From: Burkholderiales bacterium
GTDB lineage: Bacteria; Pseudomonadota; Gammaproteobacteria; Burkholderiales; UBA11063
Direction: 5' to 3'
Length of the DNA: 44,173 nucleotides
Assembly: GCA_039807465.1 (NCBI GenBank)
Contig: JBDHRI010000001.1
Span: forward strand, 1-44,173
The notes beneath the pieces are model-generated. The model searched no databases, had not been told where the DNA came from, and saw nothing but the letters and a program-made list of their open reading frames with translations. The translations under genes and the position numbers were made by a program. Positions 1-10,700 of this stretch are shown in pieces (positions within the stretch are counted from its first letter, which is position 1; each line of letters starts with the position of its first letter).

Positions 1-93
1 CAAATTACATCAACCTTTCACAAATCACAAATTCAGTCTAGCACAAGTGGCACAAACAAGGACAAACTTCAAACCACTACTATAAAAATAGGT

Positions 94-318
94 TTAGCCG
101 ATAATGGTTACCCTACTTGCCATCACCTTCCTCCGACCATTTGTACCTTTTTTTGATCTAAGTCTGGTTGTTACGCCATTAATAGTCTGATAAACTGGTA
201 GAATAGATAAAAGCTCAGTTGCTATTTTCTGATATCTGGCTGACTGTAAATAGCCTTCCAAATAGCCAAGTTCAATATCTTGAGTGCCTCTTCTTAACAC
301 TTTACGTTCATTATTCAT
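94..318 (-). CDS. hypothetical small protein, 74 aa, basic C-terminus
   Basis: ATG preceded by SD-like AAAGGA about 8 nt upstream; no larger overlapping ORF in the track; no recognisable domain. Confidence 0.4.
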   Translation of the reverse strand: MNNERKVLRRGTQDIELGYLEGYLQSARYQKIATELLSILPVYQTINGVTTRLRSKKGTNGRRKVMASRVTIIG

Positions 319-700
319 GATTTTGTTCCTTTATTAACTTTAATAACTATCTAATCGGATTTGACAAACCAAATTATAATCAACTGATTAGCCTAAAATC
401 TACAGAGAAAAACACAGCCCAAATTTTTACCCGGTTTAATTTACGGAAGAGCTATAGCCAATAAAATAAGTATAACCACATAATCATGTCACTTTTATGA
501 GATTTCATTCAAAATAAACATACAGCCTCTTAGATCATTTGAAGCGTTTATCCATTAAAGCACAATAGCAAAAATTTTCAAATGACTAATATTTATAAAC
601 AAATATGTCATAATAAACTAAATTTGTTATATATTTTTTAAAAACTTCACTATTGTAATTACTATCTGGATTTTTTGGTTTCATTGGGATAAATTTCTGC

Positions 701-732
701 CCTGATTAGGCTTAATATTAACCATATCAGGA
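701..732 (+). promoter_or_regulatory. hairpin that sequesters the SD of the downstream OMP gene
   Basis: CCTGAT (701-706) is complementary to ATCAGG (726-731), which overlaps SD AGGA (729-732); inner GG/CC and TTAA/TTAA pairs extend the stem. Confidence 0.3.
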
Positions 733-739
733 TAAATAC

Positions 740-1599
740 ATGAAAAAAGCATTAGGAATATTAATCAGTACAATTGTTATATCACCAGTTTGGGCAGATG
801 GCACCACCGAAGAAAGCAAAGAAACCTTGATAGCTAATACAGAAGAGATCAGCTTACATCGGAAACTCGTAAACTACTCAGGAATAATTGGAACTACTTC
901 AAAATCACAGACAATCACTGCGGCAGGAAGCGCTTTTGAAGCATCACCCAATGCAACAAATTTTTACGTATTTTTCACCCAGACTCTATCTAATGACGTT
1001 TACTATGAGGTGCGTATGGTTGCACGTTATAACTACGCATCGTCTTCTAATCCAAATATACTAGGGATTTTCCACAATCTGATATTAACCCACCAATGGG
1101 TTATGCAACAAACCTGTTTCTAGGCTATAATTTTCATCCAGCGGAAAATGTTAATGTTACTCCTTATCTCAGAATAAATCTGGGAACAAATATCGGACCT
1201 GTTTATGATGACTCAAATGGCGATTATTTAAATTCACAAACTTATGCTATTTTGCCAAGTGTAAAAGTTAGCTTCAAAGCAAGCCCAGTCTTATCTCCAT
1301 ACATAAATATTTGGGGAGGCTTTCAAAGTAATTCTATAACTGGAGCATACCCAAACTCAGAAACTCAAAGTACTGTGCCAATTACAGGAACACTTAATCA
1401 AATACCCATTACTTACCAGTTTGGACTTGGAATGAAATTAACTCCGCATATAACAATGATTCCATATACTCAATATACCGTAACCTTTAACTACCCAGAC
1501 TCAGCAGCACTAACATCTATAAATGAAGGAGGGTTAAATCAAAGCAGCCTAACGGGTGCATCTTATGCTTATGGATTAAAATTGAGTATTGCTTGGTAA
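740..1599 (+). pseudogene. outer-membrane beta-barrel protein split by a 1-nt frameshift (ORFs 740-1123 and 1096-1599); about 286 aa if repaired
   Basis: The 5' ORF has a Sec signal (MKKALGIL...VWA-D). The 3' ORF has alternating beta-strand patterns and ends YGLKLSIAW (terminal aromatic beta-signal). Adding one T to TTTT at 1068-1071 gives continuous ...NPNILGIFPQSDINPPMGYATNLFLGYNF... Confidence 0.75.
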
Positions 1600-1733
1600 A
1601 ACCTAGAGTCATTTAGGATTTTAGATTATATCTTTTTGTAGATTACTTTTTTTAAGCTATTCATTACTGAAAACAGTCCAATGGGAGCTTTGTTGTGCAG
1701 TCAAAATAATATTTGTCCTGAACGGTTAAATGT

Positions 1734-1760
1734 ATTTTACCAACCCATTAATGGTAAAAT
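1734..1760 (+). promoter_or_regulatory. putative extended -10 promoter of the aroE operon inside a 9-bp inverted repeat
   Basis: ATTTTACCA-N9-TGGTAAAAT; the right arm reads TGg-TAAAAT and ends 33 nt before the aroE ATG. Confidence 0.35.
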
Positions 1761-1793
1761 CCTGCCTTAAAGTATATTATTTGGAATATTTAA

Positions 1794-2591
1794 ATGTATA
1801 AATTAGCTGTAGTAGGAAATCCTATAGCACACAGTCTTTCGCCTGTAATTTTTGCCGAATTTGCCAAGGAAACTGGCATTTCCCTTGATTATCAAAGAAT
1901 TTGTGCCCCGATTGATGAATTTGAAAGTATAGTAAATAAATTTTTTGAAACTGGTGGACATGCACTTAATATAACGGCACCATTTAAGTCTCGCGCCTAT
2001 GCAATGGCAAATAAGCATCTGGAACATACGATAATTCCAAAAACTGCAAATGTATTAATTCAGGATAAGCAGCTACTACTGGCAGATAATACTGATGGAC
2101 TTGGTTTAGTTGCCGACCTCAGGAGAAATAATATCTCGTTAAAAGCAAAAAATATTCTCATACTGGGAAGTGGTAGCGTGATCTTTTCCGTGTTACATAG
2201 TCTTGAATTAGAACATCCGGCACGAATTGATTTACTCATGCGAAACAGAGAAAAACTAGAAGACTTTATGAGTAAATCAGCCATTATTGACGAATACGAG
2301 CCTAATCAGACATATGATCTGATTATAAATACAACACCAAACACACCAGACAATCAGCTTTTTTCTCAGGTAAAAAACATTAACCAGAATGCCTGTATTT
2401 ATGACATGATTTATACTGCAAACAAAACCATTTTTATGCAACAGATGGAAAAAATCAATCCTGAGATTATTATGCTAAATGGGCTAGGAATGCTTATTCA
2501 GCAGGCAAAATTTGGTTTTCAGCGTATGTTTAATATTGAGCCATCAGTTGATAGTTTATACCCATTACTAAAAGGAATAATTAATGCTTAG
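1794..2591 (+). CDS. aroE: shikimate dehydrogenase
   Basis: GNPIAHSLSP, NITAPFK, DNTDGLG, DMIY and GLGMLIQQA motifs; 265 aa. Confidence 0.94.
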   Translation: MYKLAVVGNPIAHSLSPVIFAEFAKETGISLDYQRICAPIDEFESIVNKFFETGGHALNITAPFKSRAYAMANKHLEHTIIPKTANVLIQDKQLLLADNTDGLGLVADLRRNNISLKAKNILILGSGSVIFSVLHSLELEHPARIDLLMRNREKLEDFMSKSAIIDEYEPNQTYDLIINTTPNTPDNQLFSQVKNINQNACIYDMIYTANKTIFMQQMEKINPEIIMLNGLGMLIQQAKFGFQRMFNIEPSVDSLYPLLKGIINA

Positions 2592-3612
2592 TTTTATTCA
2601 GCTTTTTGTCGGCATGATATTTATACTAGTTGCGGCAATGGTTTTTTGTAATGCTTTAGAACATCTCGGTGAAAAATTAGGTATTTCTGAAGGTGTTACT
2701 GGCTCTATTTTTGTGGCTGTTGGCACTGCCCTTCCTGAAGCTATTGTACCGCTAATCGCATTATTTATGGCACCTAAAGGTAGTACTGGCGCAGGCGATG
2801 AAATTGGAGTCGGTGCAATTATGGGACCGCCACTAATGTTATCAACCTTGTCAATCGCATTAATGGCATTATCCGTGCTTGGCAAACGTGGTTTAAGTGG
2901 TGCAATCCGTCCGGAAAAAAGCGGGCTTAACCGTGATTTACGCTTTTTTACCTTTGGTTATTTTTTGGCAATTTTATTGGCTTTCAGTCATAACTATTTC
3001 AATAGTCAACTGATTAACGTTCTTGTCATAATAGTTCTGGCATTGAGCTACTTCATATACGTGCTACAAACTATCAAAGCTTCAAGCGAGCTAGTAAAAG
3101 AAGGTCATGCTACTGAAGCTGAAGATGAACTCTACCTAACAAAATTGGTAAAAATGCCAAATAATTTATTTAGCGTAATTTTTCAGGCAATTCTAGGTTT
3201 TGCCGGGCTCATTTATTTCGCCCATGTATTTATTGAAGGCATTATGGGCACAGCTAAAATCATTGGAATTTCAATGTTCCTATTATCGGTAGTCCTGATT
3301 CCGGTTGCAACAGAGCTTCCAGAAAAAGTAAATAGCATTCTTTGGATTAGAAAAGGTAAGGATACTCTTGCTTTTGCCAATATTACCGGAGCAATGGTAT
3401 TTCAGGGTTTACTGTTACCAATTTTAGGGATTATTTTGACAGATTGGAAACTACCTCCTGAAAAAGCTGTTAGTTGTATTACTACCTTTTTTGCGGTTGT
3501 ATGGCTGTTTGTTCATGCTGGCAAAAACACCCACTATAAAGTCAAACACTTTGCTGTTAACGGTGGATTATATTTATTAAGTCTCTTAGTAAGCCTAATG
3601 GTGTTTAAATGA
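2584..3612 (+). CDS. sodium/calcium antiporter (CaCA / YrbG-like family)
   Basis: About 10 hydrophobic segments; two alpha-repeat motifs, AVGTALPE and PVATELPE. Confidence 0.9.
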   Translation: MLSFIQLFVGMIFILVAAMVFCNALEHLGEKLGISEGVTGSIFVAVGTALPEAIVPLIALFMAPKGSTGAGDEIGVGAIMGPPLMLSTLSIALMALSVLGKRGLSGAIRPEKSGLNRDLRFFTFGYFLAILLAFSHNYFNSQLINVLVIIVLALSYFIYVLQTIKASSELVKEGHATEAEDELYLTKLVKMPNNLFSVIFQAILGFAGLIYFAHVFIEGIMGTAKIIGISMFLLSVVLIPVATELPEKVNSILWIRKGKDTLAFANITGAMVFQGLLLPILGIILTDWKLPPEKAVSCITTFFAVVWLFVHAGKNTHYKVKHFAVNGGLYLLSLLVSLMVFK

Positions 3613-4322
3613 TTAATGAGCAATTTACCCGAACTAGTATTTTACTGGGTGAAGAGGGAGTAGCTAAACTAGCTAGCAAACACGTTTTTATTGCCGGAGT
3701 TGGTGGAGTCGGTGGTTATGCGGTAGAAGCAATAATCCGAGCTGGAATAGGCAAAGTAACAATTATTGACAACGATACTGTTGATGTTACTAATATCAAC
3801 CGCCAGCTAATTACCAACCTAAATAATGTTGGCAAGCCTAAAGTTAGTGAATTTGCAAGAAGAATACTTGAAATTAATCCAAAAATAAACCTGATTGTAA
3901 AGCAGATTTTCATTGATAAGGATAATCTTCAGGAATTACTCGCAGATAAACCTGACTATGTGATAGATTGTATTGATACCGTAAATTCAAAATTAGCATT
4001 ATTGATTTATTGTCTGAGAAATAAAATACCCGTAATTTCAAGCATGGGGGCAGGAAATAGAATCAATGTAACTAAGGCAAAAATTGCAGATATAAGCAAG
4101 ACCAAAGTTTGTGCCCTTGCCAGAAATATTCGCTTACGCCTACGTGAAAATGGAATAAAAAAAGGTCTAATGGTTGTATATTCAGAAGAAGAAGCCTATA
4201 ATAAACCAATACCTAATCCATCAGGTGGCAGACCAGTAAATGGCACGATAAGCTATCTGCCGGCACTTTTTGGAATAATGCTTTCAGGTAAAGTTCTTCA
4301 GGATTTAATTATTCATGAATAA
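3609..4322 (+). CDS. tcdA: tRNA threonylcarbamoyladenosine dehydratase (ThiF/E1-like)
   Basis: GVGGVGG, D-x-VDVTNINRQ, DCID, SSMGAG, DISKTKVCALAR and VVYSEE motifs. Confidence 0.9.
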   Translation: MINEQFTRTSILLGEEGVAKLASKHVFIAGVGGVGGYAVEAIIRAGIGKVTIIDNDTVDVTNINRQLITNLNNVGKPKVSEFARRILEINPKINLIVKQIFIDKDNLQELLADKPDYVIDCIDTVNSKLALLIYCLRNKIPVISSMGAGNRINVTKAKIADISKTKVCALARNIRLRLRENGIKKGLMVVYSEEEAYNKPIPNPSGGRPVNGTISYLPALFGIMLSGKVLQDLIIHE

Positions 4323-5478
4323 TACTTTATATGATGTAATTATTATTGGTGCTGGACCATCTGGTACTAGCTGCGCATATAATATTCTGCGACTAAAGCC
4401 TGATGCTAAAGTTCTACTTATTGATAAGGCTAACTTCCCACGATATAAACCTTGTGGTGGTGGAGTTTCACCAGAGGTTGCCAATTATCTTGATTTTCCG
4501 CTAGAGTCAGCAATAAATTATAAATGCAATCAAGTTGTGATGGTTGCCAATGGCAAAGAAATCGAGAGTAATCAACATGAGTTATGGATGGTTAGACGCG
4601 AGGTATTTGATAATTATCTGCTTGAAAAAGCCAAGTCTGCTGGTGCAGAATTTATTGGAAACTGTGAAGTTAAAGACATTATTCAGCAGAATGATGGTAG
4701 TACACTAGTTACAACAGAAGATCAGCAATTCAGTGGTAAGATTATTGTTCTAGCTGAAGGCGGACGTGGGAAGCTAGCCAAAAGACTGGGGATAGCTCCA
4801 GAAAATACAATCTTGGCAGCAATGGAGTATGAACATTATTCTGATCAAGACCTTGATGGAAAACTATATATCGATTTTGATTATAACGATAGCGGATATG
4901 CTTGGAATTTCCCCAAAAATGATGGACTTTCATTAGGCATCGGAGGATTGATCAAGGGGAAGGAAAAAGGCAAAGTTAATCTTCCTAAAAAACTTTCAAC
5001 ATATGTAGCTAAGTTTGGAGTTGAACAATTTAATAAAACTAGTCTGCATGGGCACCCGATTGAGCTTTATAAGAAAAAACATAAATTAGTACATAATAAT
5101 ATAGTTCTAATTGGTGAGATTGCTGGCTGTGTTGACCCACTAACAGCTGAAGGCATCAGACCAGCAATAAAATCAGGATATCTAGCTGCAAAAAGAATTA
5201 GTCAAGTAATATCCTCCGACAAGACAAAGTTGCTTAATCAGTACACACGGGATTTCCACCTGAATATTGGAAAAGATTTACGACGTGCCAGAATCATGTC
5301 GTTTTTCCTTAATCGGTATATGCATCAAGTTTTACCTATGCTAACAACGAAAAATGCCATAAATGGTTTTATGGATGTTTTTAGTGGCAAATCAAGCTAT
5401 ATAGAAAAGATAAACTTCAGAAGAATTGTCAAGTTATGTTTGCGTAGCTTAAAACCTAGGGATCAACTGACAAAATAA
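4315..5478 (+). CDS. geranylgeranyl reductase family FAD-dependent oxidoreductase
   Basis: GAGPSG dinucleotide fold, FPRYKPCGGG, RREVFD, GYAWNFPK, GEIAGCVDPLTAEGI. Confidence 0.87.
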   Translation: MNNTLYDVIIIGAGPSGTSCAYNILRLKPDAKVLLIDKANFPRYKPCGGGVSPEVANYLDFPLESAINYKCNQVVMVANGKEIESNQHELWMVRREVFDNYLLEKAKSAGAEFIGNCEVKDIIQQNDGSTLVTTEDQQFSGKIIVLAEGGRGKLAKRLGIAPENTILAAMEYEHYSDQDLDGKLYIDFDYNDSGYAWNFPKNDGLSLGIGGLIKGKEKGKVNLPKKLSTYVAKFGVEQFNKTSLHGHPIELYKKKHKLVHNNIVLIGEIAGCVDPLTAEGIRPAIKSGYLAAKRISQVISSDKTKLLNQYTRDFHLNIGKDLRRARIMSFFLNRYMHQVLPMLTTKNAINGFMDVFSGKSSYIEKINFRRIVKLCLRSLKPRDQLTK

Positions 5479-5553
5479 TGGCAATCAAGATTATTTGATT
5501 TACTTTAGTATAAGCTATGATAAAATTAACTTAGTTTATAATTGGAAAAACTA

Positions 5554-7365
5554 ATGGCACATACTGTTCTTGCCCGCAAATGGAGACCCAAAAGATTTGC
5601 TGACTTAATTGGGCAACAAAATACTGTAACGATACTAAAAAACATCCTAGTAACCAAACGCCTACACCATGCATACCTATTAACAGGAACTCGTGGAGTC
5701 GGAAAAACCACTATTGCGAGAATTATTGCCAAAGCCTTAAATTGCCTTAATTTAGAAGACAATGAGCCCTGTTGCGCCTGTCAAAACTGTCAGCAAATTG
5801 ACAGTGGACGCTATGTAGATGTGATTGAGATTGATGCGGCTTCAAATACTGGGGTAGATAATATTCGAGAAGTACTTGAGAATGCACAGTATGCACCAAC
5901 TAGTGGCAAGTACAAAATTTATATAATTGATGAAGTACACATGCTGTCAAAATCAGCATTTAACGCAATGCTAAAAACCCTTGAAGAGCCACCAGAACAC
6001 ATAATATTTATTCTGGCAACTACTGACCCCCAAAAAGTCCCGATCACAATACTTTCTCGTTGCCTACAATTAAAATTACGTAACCTTGCTGCTAATGAAA
6101 TTGACAATCATCTGGACTGGGTTTTATCACAAGAGCAAATCAGCGTTCAAAAATCAGCACTAGCGATATTGGCTGCGGCTGCCAATGGTAGTATGCGTGA
6201 CGCTCTATCACTTACAGATCAGGCAATTGCATTTTCAAATGGAAACATAACCGAAGCCACGGTACAGCAAATGCTAGGGCTTAGTGATGATAGTATCTTA
6301 ATTACAATGCTTGAAGCCATAATTAATAAAAATAGCCTAGAACTTTTCTCGATTTGTGAAAAGCTTAATACCGAGGGGGCAAACCTCGAGAATTTGCTAG
6401 CCCAGTTAAATCATATGCTTTTTCAGATAGGAATTGCACAATTAGTTCCAAATGAAGATATTAAGCCAGAAATATTGAATTTAGCGCGGCAGATATCGAT
6501 TCAGGATTGCCAGTTATACTTTGAAATAACTAACCTAGGCATGGAGCAGCTAAAAAAAGTAAGTAACAAATACCCATGCTTTACAATGAATGTAATGCGA
6601 ATGCTAGCATTTAGCATTGGTAGTAATGAAACAAAAGAAATCCTAGTTAATAATGCAAACTTTAAAAGCCAAGTAACCAACATTCCGTCAAACAATCCTT
6701 CTTTTAATACTACAGAAGCAGCATTACCAGAAAAAACAATAACGGAAATAATCACAGCCAATATAATTAAGGAAGAAGATCCTCCCCTATTACCTCCCGA
6801 AAAAGTAGCATCAACAATTGAAATAAGTCCTACGCAAGAGAATACTCCACCTTGGGAGACAGAAAGCCAAACAAATAATCACGAAAATGCAGGAATGGAA
6901 CATTCCCCTACCATTATCAGCGAAACTCAAAATGAAATACTGCCCACAAGTGTATTATCCGTGGATGAGTTTGATGGGGATTGGTTAAAGTTTACCAGTA
7001 GTGTTGACTACAATAAATATCCAACTCACACCAGAATAGGAATGATTTTAAAAAATTCCCAACTGGAGAAATTTAGCGGTCATACCATTACTATTTCCGT
7101 TGACAATAAATTTAGAGAAGCTGTTAATCATGAGTGTGTTGATATACTTGAGCAGTTATTAGCAGAGCATTATAATCAGGAATATGACCTTGAATTTAAT
7201 TTTGTTGAAACTCTCAAAGAGTCATTAAGCATCCAGAATGAAAATATTAAACGGGAAAAACAACTATTGGCAGAAGATGCAATTAATAATGATCCAATAA
7301 TTCAGGATTTAGTTAATAACTTTTCTGCTAAAATAATCCCTAATTCAATAAAACCACTAGACTGA
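5554..7365 (+). CDS. dnaX: DNA polymerase III subunit gamma/tau
   Basis: VLARKWRP, GTRGVGKTT, zinc Cys cluster, IDEVH, LSRC; low-complexity linker and tau C-terminal domain. I prefer ATG 5554 to TTG 5542. Confidence 0.97.
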   Translation: MAHTVLARKWRPKRFADLIGQQNTVTILKNILVTKRLHHAYLLTGTRGVGKTTIARIIAKALNCLNLEDNEPCCACQNCQQIDSGRYVDVIEIDAASNTGVDNIREVLENAQYAPTSGKYKIYIIDEVHMLSKSAFNAMLKTLEEPPEHIIFILATTDPQKVPITILSRCLQLKLRNLAANEIDNHLDWVLSQEQISVQKSALAILAAAANGSMRDALSLTDQAIAFSNGNITEATVQQMLGLSDDSILITMLEAIINKNSLELFSICEKLNTEGANLENLLAQLNHMLFQIGIAQLVPNEDIKPEILNLARQISIQDCQLYFEITNLGMEQLKKVSNKYPCFTMNVMRMLAFSIGSNETKEILVNNANFKSQVTNIPSNNPSFNTTEAALPEKTITEIITANIIKEEDPPLLPPEKVASTIEISPTQENTPPWETESQTNNHENAGMEHSPTIISETQNEILPTSVLSVDEFDGDWLKFTSSVDYNKYPTHTRIGMILKNSQLEKFSGHTITISVDNKFREAVNHECVDILEQLLAEHYNQEYDLEFNFVETLKESLSIQNENIKREKQLLAEDAINNDPIIQDLVNNFSAKIIPNSIKPLD

Positions 7366-7386
7366 TTATTTTTAAAAGGAATAAAT

Positions 7387-7722
7387 ATGTTTGATAAAGG
7401 GCAACTGGCCGGATTAATGAAAAAAGCGCAGGAAATGCAAAAAAATCTTGAAAAAGCTCAGGAAGAAGTTGCAAAGCTTGAAGTTGAAGGAGAGTCTGGC
7501 GCTGGTATGGTTAAAGTAACGATGACTGGGAAACACGATATAAAAAAAGTAACCATTGACGATGCCGTTATGGATGATAAAGAAATGCTTGAAGATTTGA
7601 TTGCTGCAGCAGTTAATGATGCCAATCGTAAAGTCGAAGAGCAAAGTCAGTCAAAAATGGGAGCAGCTACAGCAGGTATGCCTTTTGGTGGACTACCAGG
7701 TGGAATGAAATTTCCATTCTAA
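7387..7722 (+). CDS. ybaB: nucleoid-associated protein YbaB/EbfC
   Basis: [29 protein letters not shown]; canonical position after dnaX. Confidence 0.95.
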   Translation: MFDKGQLAGLMKKAQEMQKNLEKAQEEVAKLEVEGESGAGMVKVTMTGKHDIKKVTIDDAVMDDKEMLEDLIAAAVNDANRKVEEQSQSKMGAATAGMPFGGLPGGMKFPF

Positions 7723-7732
7723 GAATATTATT

Positions 7733-7758
7733 ATCCCGGGCACTGCCCCGGGATTTTT
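7733..7758 (+). terminator. intrinsic terminator after ybaB
   Basis: ATCCCGGG-cactgc-CCCGGGAT followed by TTTT. Confidence 0.8.
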
Positions 7759-7786
7759 CCTTCATTTGATTTAATTTTTTTATCAA

Positions 7787-10700
7787 ATGTTTAACGATAG
7801 ACAAATATTGCTAATGAACTCAGAAATTATTGATAAGCTAAATAACACCGATTCACCTTATAAAAATTACTGGCTAAACCAGCTAAAAAAGCATGGAAAA
7901 AATCAGCAAAAGCAGGAAAAACTGCTTACCATGATTAATCATGAACTTGAAGCAATTGACAAACGTAAAACATCAATCGCTAATCTCAAAATAAGCTACC
8001 CAAATGAGTTACCAGTTAGTCAGGCAGTAGAAGAAATAAAAGCTGAGATTGGCAAAAACCAAATAACGATAGTCTGCGGTGAGACTGGCTCAGGAAAAAC
8101 CACCCAATTACCAAAAATTTTATTAGAGCTAGGTTATGGAACCAATGGCTTAATCGGACATACCCAACCACGAAGGATTGCTGCAAAATCATTAACTTCT
8201 CGAATAAATTATGAGTTAGGCTTAGCAAATCAGGAAAATGCTCTAGTTGCTTGCAAGATGCGTTTTCATGACCGGACAACCCAAAGTACTGCGGTAAAGC
8301 TGATGACCGATGGAATTTTACTTCAAGAAATTCAAAATGATCGACTATTGCTCCAGTATTCTGCACTTATTATTGATGAGGTTCACGAACGAAGCTTAAA
8401 TATTGATTTTATTTTGGGCTATCTAAAAAAACTAATAATTAAACGCCCTGATCTAAAAATAATCGTTACATCCGCTACATTAGAAACAGAGAAACTGGTT
8501 AAATTTTTCAATAATGCACCATTAATCAACGTAAGTGGTAAAACTTACCCAGTTGATATCATCTATCAGCCACTTGGCGAAGGTGAAGAAAATGAAGGTC
8601 TTAACCAAGGTATTTATCAAGCTATTTCTGCGGCACTCAGTATTGAACGCGGGCATGGACTTGTTTTTCTTCCCGGTGAAAGAGAAATTAAGGAATGTCT
8701 TAATTACCTACGCAAGACAGAATTACGCAACCATGAATTATTAGCACTATTTGCACGACAAAATAACGAGGCTCAGGCACAAATTTTTAATGATTCTGGG
8801 CGAATCAAGATTATTCTAGCAACCAATATTGCTGAAACCTCGCTAACTATTCCCGGGATTAAATTTGTTATCGATAGTGGCCTTGCCAAAGTCAAACGTT
8901 ATAGCATTAGAAATCGAGTTGAGCAGCTACAGATAGAAACAGCAAGTCAGGCTTCAAGTAATCAGCGCGCGGGGCGAGCTGGACGAGTTAGCCACGGGTT
9001 ATGTGTTCGTCTTTTTAGTGAAAATGAATTTAAACTTAGGAAACAATTTACTGAACCAGAACTATTACGCAGTAATCTGGCGAATGTAATTCTTAGAATG
9101 CTAGCATTAAATATCGGTGATCCACTTGAATTTGAATTTCTCGATCAACCGGAGCAAAAAGCCTTTAATGATGGCTACCGCACACTATTTCAGGTTCAGG
9201 CAATTGATGAAAATAACCAGATTACTCCGCTTGGACGCAAATTAGCGCAAATCCCTACCGATATACAGCTAGCAAGAATCCTCGTGGCTGCTGCAGAAGA
9301 CTATGCCGCTCTAAATGAGGCACTTATCATTGTTGCGTTTCTTGCAATTCAAGATCCACGTGAAACCCCGCTTGAGCATCAGCAACTCGCACGAGAACGA
9401 CATCAACTCTGGGCAGATAAAAAATCTGCTTTTATTCAGATCTTAAACATCTGGCGCTGGTATCACAATGAACTAGAGCATAAAAAATCTAATCGTAAGC
9501 TACAGGAAGCTTGTCATAAACAGTTTGTTTCTCTGGTTCGCTTGCGGGAATGGCATGAGCTGCACCGCCAACTTAAAGAAATAATGATCGGTCTTGGCTA
9601 TAAGCTAAATAGTACCGAAGCTGCTTACCGTGAGTTACATAGTGCTATCCTTCATGGCTTTATTACCAATATTGGGCAGAAAGATTTGGTTGAAAATCAT
9701 TATCTGGGTACTAATAGCAAAAAATTCTATATTCACCCAGGTGAATTATGTGATTCTTCTAAATGGATGGTGGCGGCATCGTTGGTTGAAACCAGCCGCC
9801 TTTATGCCCGAAATTGTGCCCAAATTGAACCACAATGGCTAAATCGGATTGCTAGCCATTTGTACAAATACACTTATTCAAGCCAACGCTGGGATAAAAA
9901 ACGTGGCGAAGTCGTTGCGACCAAATCAAGCATGCTCTATGGTTTAATGATTGATAGCACTAAAGTTTCTTATGGGCTAATTAACCCTACCGAATCACGT
10001 GAGATTTTCATAAAAGAAGGATTAGTTCCGGCAGAGCTTAACAAAAAATATAGTTTTATCACCCATAATCAGAATGTCATTAACGAGCTTGAAAAACTTG
10101 AAGATAAACTCCGCACCTATTTTATGCTTATTGATGATGAATTATTTAGTTTTTATCTAGAAAAATTACCTATAGAAGTTATCGATCAGGTTACTCTTGA
10201 TAATTACATTGCAATTAATGGTGATAATAGCCTTAGACTTGATAAAAATGAATTTATTGCTCGCATCAATAAAGATAGTGAAAAGCTTGAGCTATTCCCA
10301 GACTATATGATAAATAATGGTCAAAAGATAAAATTAAACTACATTTTTGATCATGAAAACCCTGAAGATGGTGTAATTGCTAATATTGATTTAAGCCAAC
10401 TGGAACAGATTGAAGATAAACAATTTGAGTGGCTGGTACCGGGTATTATTCGCGACAAGGTTAGTTTCTTAATAAAATCACTACCTAAAACAATAAGGCT
10501 GGCATTTAACCCATTAAATGATTCAATAACAGAGTTTCTAGCAAATAGTGATATTAATGATAGCCTGATAAATCAGTTGATAAATTATGCTCGGACAAAG
10601 AAAATAGAACTTGATTATCAGAGTCTCGCAAAAATCACTTTCCCTCACCACTTATGTTGTCATTTTAGAATATTTGAAAATAAAAAACTGATAAAATCCG

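Noticed and set aside
1-93. CACAA-rich stretch at the window edge
   Set aside because: Irregular short repeats without CRISPR-like periodicity; upstream context is missing, so it cannot be interpreted
361-380. Consensus TTGACA and TATAAT hexamers
   Set aside because: The spacer is only 8 nt, incompatible with a sigma70 promoter
480-493. 14-mer ATAATCATGTCACT repeated at 19163-19176
   Set aside because: Chance matches of this length are expected in 44 kb of AT-rich DNA; the contexts are unrelated
6543-6566. dnaX A AAA AAA run with upstream GGAG and a -1 frame TAA two codons later, resembling the E. coli tau/gamma frameshift site
   Set aside because: It would truncate at about residue 337, before the last helix of domain III; the SD spacing (5 nt) and heptamer differ from the A AAA AAG site; I see no downstream hairpin; A-runs are common in this DNA
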